Source: an uncultured Gammaproteobacteria bacterium (GTDB taxonomy: Bacteria > Patescibacteriota > Patescibacteriia > 2-01-FULL-39-33). From it: DNA of 64,000 bases. A model generated the notes under the pieces. The model did no database searches. It was given only the letters and a program-made list of their open reading frames with translations, and had not been told where the DNA came from. Position numbers and translations under genes: made by a program. Positions 60,695 through 64,000 of this stretch are shown here, one piece after another. The stretch is taken from contig CAZLFP010000003.1 of the NCBI GenBank assembly GCA_964558935.1, forward strand, positions 39,684 through 103,683, written 5' to 3'. Within the stretch, counting starts at the first letter, position 1, and each line of letters opens with the position of its first letter.

Positions 60695-61474
60695 ATGATG
60701 AGGTTGTTTATACTTTTCTCTTTAATTCTGATATTGGCCGGTTGTGGACAGCAACCGACTTTAGTTAAGGTTAATTTGGATCGTCAAGAGCTGGAGCAAT
60801 TAAGTACCACTTCCGAGAGTTTGATAGAAGATATTAAAACAGGATTCAGTCAAGAAGTTAGCGGCCAAATTCCAACTGAGCTGACCATACCCGGCAAGGT
60901 TCTGTTGGATGTAGATTTTGCCATGCAGGCTCCTTTTTCTGACTGGTCACCGCCATATGACGAAGCGTGCGAAGAAGCCGCCATGATTATGGCTTATTAT
61001 TATTTTTCGAACAAAGAATTGACCAAGGATCTGATGAATGAAGAGATATTGGCATTGGTTGAATGGGAAGCCAAGCACGGGTACCAGATAGATTTAACGG
61101 CAGCGCAAACAGTCGAGGTTTTACGAGACTATTTTAATCTCAAAGCCTGGCTGGAAGATGAGGTCACAGCCGATAGAATTAAATATGAGCTCTCGCTCGG
61201 TCACTTAGTAATTCCACCCACAGCTGGTCGAGAGTTGGAGAATAAGTTTTTCAGGCAACCGGGACCCATTTACCATATGTTTGTGGTTAAGGGTTATGAT
61301 GACCAAGATTTTATCGTCAATGATGTCGGGATAGGAAAGGGGGAAAGCTTTCGCTACAGCTATGATGATTTAATCGATGCTGTCCATGATTGGGATCATG
61401 ATTTAGCTAAGGATGAGATGAGTGCTGAAGAGATTAAGACTACGCCTAAGGTTTTAGTCATTGTAGCGAAGTAG
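60695..61474 (+). CDS. Lipoprotein with a C39-like cysteine peptidase domain
   Basis: Lipobox ILAGC, then QAPF..W..ACEEA (Cys), YHMFVVKGYD (His) and IVND. Confidence 0.8.
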   Translation: MMRLFILFSLILILAGCGQQPTLVKVNLDRQELEQLSTTSESLIEDIKTGFSQEVSGQIPTELTIPGKVLLDVDFAMQAPFSDWSPPYDEACEEAAMIMAYYYFSNKELTKDLMNEEILALVEWEAKHGYQIDLTAAQTVEVLRDYFNLKAWLEDEVTADRIKYELSLGHLVIPPTAGRELENKFFRQPGPIYHMFVVKGYDDQDFIVNDVGIGKGESFRYSYDDLIDAVHDWDHDLAKDEMSAEEIKTTPKVLVIVAK

Positions 61475-61492
61475 CAGTTAACTTGTCCACAG

Positions 61493-61554
61493 ACAGGCTT
61501 GACAGCCTGTTTTTTTATTGTTACAGTAATAATACCAACTAAAATAGTAGGAAT
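61493..61554 (+). promoter_or_regulatory. Overlapping terminator, promoter and Rrf2/IscR-type operator
   Basis: Hairpin acaggct-tgac-agcctgt plus T run contains the -35 of TTGACA-17-TACAGT. The inverted repeat ccaact-aaaat-agtagg lies just before the start codon. Confidence 0.65.
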
Positions 61555-61557
61555 TAT

Positions 61558-61965
61558 ATGTTATTTACGACAAAAACTGAATATGGTATGCGGGCTATGG
61601 TGGAATTGGCTAAAAAAGCCAGTCAAGATCAACCCTTGCCTGTTTCGCAAATTGCTCGTGACCAACATTTGTCTCAAGCCTACTTGGAAAGATTATTTGC
61701 CAAATTGAAAGCGGATGGCTTGATTATGAGCACTAAAGGTTCGGGTGGTGGATATTATTTGGCTCGTCCTCCCAAACAGATTAATATCTTTGAAATCATT
61801 GAGGCTTTGGACGGTCCACTGATGGTTTTTTCCTGTATTTCTGAAGATGAGAATAAACTGGCTTGTTCCGCTAAAAATTGTTTGACCAAGCAAGTTTGGC
61901 ATGAATTGCAAAAGCAGATTATTCACACCTTGCGTCAGTTTACATTAAAAGATTTAGTTAATTAA
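61558..61965 (+). CDS. Rrf2-family regulator (IscR-like)
   Basis: TKTEYGMRA, YLERLF..LK, G.GGGY.LAR and three C-terminal Cys. Confidence 0.92.
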   Translation: MLFTTKTEYGMRAMVELAKKASQDQPLPVSQIARDQHLSQAYLERLFAKLKADGLIMSTKGSGGGYYLARPPKQINIFEIIEALDGPLMVFSCISEDENKLACSAKNCLTKQVWHELQKQIIHTLRQFTLKDLVN

Positions 61966-61968
61966 ACT

Positions 61969-62358
61969 ATGTATACAGACAAGGTTTTAGATCATTTTCA
62001 CCATCCCAGGAACCAGGGTCGCATTCAAGCAGCAGATGGCATTGGTCAGGTAGGCAATCCGGTGTGCGGTGATGTGATGAAAATATATATTAAGGTAAAA
62101 GACCAGCCAGAGCCGGTTATTCAGGACATTAAATTTGAAACTTTGGGTTGTGGAGCAGCCATTGCCACGTCCTCCATGCTCACAGAGATGGTCAAAGGAC
62201 AAACCATTCAGCAGGCTCTGAAGATCAGTAAAACACAAATTGCTCAAGAGTTGGGTGGGTTACCGCCAGCCAAGTTGCATTGCTCGGTACTGGCTCACGA
62301 TGCCCTGCGTGAAGCCATTTTGGATTACCAGTCAAAAAATAATTATAAATATGCCTAA
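61969..62358 (+). CDS. iscU: Fe-S scaffold IscU/NifU-N
   Basis: HPRNQG, NPVCGD, GCGAAIA and LPPAKLHCS. Confidence 0.95.
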   Translation: MYTDKVLDHFHHPRNQGRIQAADGIGQVGNPVCGDVMKIYIKVKDQPEPVIQDIKFETLGCGAAIATSSMLTEMVKGQTIQQALKISKTQIAQELGGLPPAKLHCSVLAHDALREAILDYQSKNNYKYA

Positions 62359-62506
62359 ACAAACAACAGTACACAGGCAAGAGTGCGAAATTTATTCACG
62401 AGTTGTCGGCTATTTACGGCCAACCCAGAGCTGGAATGCCGGTAAACAGGCTGAATTTCATGATCGCAGTGTGTACCAGGCCAAAACCACAACCAATCAT
62501 AAATAA
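62351..62506 (+). CDS. Stand-alone 51-aa NrdD-type glycyl-radical peptide
   Basis: CEIYSRVVGYLRP..WN.GK.AEF.DR matches the class III RNR C-terminal motif. ATG 62351 overlaps the end of iscU. Confidence 0.82.
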   Translation: MPKQTTVHRQECEIYSRVVGYLRPTQSWNAGKQAEFHDRSVYQAKTTTNHK

Positions 62507-62511
62507 ATTCT

Positions 62512-62739
62512 ATGGAAGATAAGATTAAAGCAGCTTTAGATCAACTAAGGCCTCATTTGCAAATGGACGGGGGAGATGTAGACTTTGTATCTTTTGATCA
62601 AGAGCAAGGTATTTTAAAATTAAAATTGCAAGGCGCTTGTCAAGGCTGTCCCATGTCTCAGATTACCTTGCAGGAAGGCATTGGCAAAGTTTTAAAACAA
62701 GACATGCCTGAGATTAAACAAGTCATAGCTGTCACTTAA
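62512..62739 (+). CDS. NifU-C/Nfu Fe-S carrier
   Basis: LRPHLQMDGGD and GACQGCP. Confidence 0.92.
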   Translation: MEDKIKAALDQLRPHLQMDGGDVDFVSFDQEQGILKLKLQGACQGCPMSQITLQEGIGKVLKQDMPEIKQVIAVT

Positions 62740-62741
62740 AT

Positions 62742-63935
62742 ATGCCTGATACAGACCTGATATACTTAGACAATGCAGCCACCACTCAAATGGATGACCG
62801 CGTCATGTCAGCAATGCTGCCGTATTTAACAACCGAGTATGGCAATGCTTCTTCTTTGCATTCTGCCGGTTTAAACAACCGGGTGGCAGTAGATCGATCT
62901 CAGGCACTCATTGCCGCTTACCTGGGTGTAAATAAGGATGAAGTGTTTTTTACTTCTGGTGCGACTGAGAGTAATAATTTGGCGCTTTGGGGAGTGGTTA
63001 AAGCCTTGCAAACCAAACACAGCCAGATCCATATTATTACCTCTGCCATTGAGCATGACGCTGTTTTGGAACCGTGCCAGGCTTTAGAAAAACAGGGCAT
63101 AGCGGTGACCTATTTGCCTGTTAATAGTCGAGGTGTAGTCAGTCTGGAAGCTATTAAAAAAGCTATTCGACCACAGACTCGCTTGATTTCAATCATGTAC
63201 GTCAACAATGAAATCGGCACCATTCAGCCGATTGCACACATTGGACGTTTGGTTAGTCAATTGAATGCCGAGAGAAAAAACCAAATCTACTTACATACGG
63301 ATGCCACCCAAGCGTTAAATGCCTGTTCTTGTCGGTTGACTGATTTAAAGGTGGATTTAATGTCATTTTCCGGGCATAAGATATATGGTCCCAAAGGAAT
63401 TGGTGTTCTGTATTTGAAAAAGGGTACACCCTTGATTCCTTTGTTCTATGGCGGACATCAGCAACATAATGTCCGGCCGGGTACTTACAACGTGCCAGGT
63501 ATTGTTGGCTTGGCTGAAGCGATTAAAATACTACAACAACCTCAGCACCAAGCGGAAATAGATAAGATTCAGACAATTAAAAGATACTTAATAGACCAGT
63601 TGCAAGCTAAAATTCCTCAGGTTAGACTCAATGGTGATGTTACTAAATCCATACCTCATATTTTAAACTTAAGTTTTCTTGGCGTGGAAGGAGAGAGTTT
63701 GTTGCTTATGCTGTCAAAACAAAAAATAGCAGTCTCGACAGGATCTGCTTGTTCGGCCGGTTCTTTAAAACCCTCCCATGTTTTAACGGCTTTGGGTTTG
63801 AAGCCGGAAGTCGCTCATGGTAGCCTGCGTATGAGTTTGGGCAGATTTAACCGGTTAAGCCAGGCTAGACAATTAGTTCGAGTCTTGCCCCCCTTGGTAG
63901 CTAAATTGAGAAGCATGTCGCCTTTAGCCGATTAA
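62742..63935 (+). CDS. iscS: Cysteine desulfurase
   Basis: YLDNAATT, TSGATESNN, SGHKIYGPKG and STGSACS. Confidence 0.95.
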   Translation: MPDTDLIYLDNAATTQMDDRVMSAMLPYLTTEYGNASSLHSAGLNNRVAVDRSQALIAAYLGVNKDEVFFTSGATESNNLALWGVVKALQTKHSQIHIITSAIEHDAVLEPCQALEKQGIAVTYLPVNSRGVVSLEAIKKAIRPQTRLISIMYVNNEIGTIQPIAHIGRLVSQLNAERKNQIYLHTDATQALNACSCRLTDLKVDLMSFSGHKIYGPKGIGVLYLKKGTPLIPLFYGGHQQHNVRPGTYNVPGIVGLAEAIKILQQPQHQAEIDKIQTIKRYLIDQLQAKIPQVRLNGDVTKSIPHILNLSFLGVEGESLLLMLSKQKIAVSTGSACSAGSLKPSHVLTALGLKPEVAHGSLRMSLGRFNRLSQARQLVRVLPPLVAKLRSMSPLAD

Positions 63936-64000
63936 GTCTGGTCAGGATTAATTGGTTGTTCGTAGAGAAAAGGATTTCTGGTGGTCAGTTCAGAGCTGGT
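63932..64000 (-). CDS. Possible 3' end of a convergent gene (truncated by the window edge)
   Basis: Open minus-strand frame ..TTRNPFLYEQPINPDQT* whose stop overlaps the iscS stop. Confidence 0.3.
   Translation of the reverse strand, partial: TSSELTTRNPFLYEQPINPDQT

Overview
This is a gene-dense, AT-rich bacterial chromosome segment read with genetic code 11, with most genes on the + strand. Its content fits a Patescibacteria (CPR, Parcubacteria/ABY1-like) organism; the taxonomy is inference. It holds two separate type IV pilus loci. Locus 1 (about 1-13.2 kb) runs pilM-pilN-pilO-pilP-like-pilB-receiver-degenerate pilT-pilC-major pilin-pilD-minor pilins. Locus 2 (about 22.7-42.3 kb) has two output-less sensor proteins, a hybrid sensor kinase, two lone receivers, pilB2, pilC2, a 2299-aa giant pilin-like adhesin, minor pilins, a PilM-TM fusion and three tandem pilins. 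The rest includes ligA, gatCA, tRNA-Ser, rubrerythrin/desulfoferrodoxin, dnaG-rpoD, tRNA-Asn, thiol-redox genes, rsmI-metG-cvpA-tatD, murA, a CtpA-type protease, rplI, pyrG, rpmA and an Rrf2-led iscU/nfu/iscS operon containing a stand-alone NrdD glycyl-radical peptide. Highlights: (1) the giant pilin has nested, Russian-doll domains and a mirror-ordered Cys-rich stalk around an AT-richer insert with an internal membrane hairpin; (2) an unannotated 213-nt structured RNA with its own promoter and terminator lies on the minus strand between ligA and gatC; (3) the sensor-only proteins share a C-terminal RExKM helix that may dock onto the kinase in trans; (4) PilT looks catalytically degenerate. 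All family calls come from motif recognition by eye; no database searches were run.
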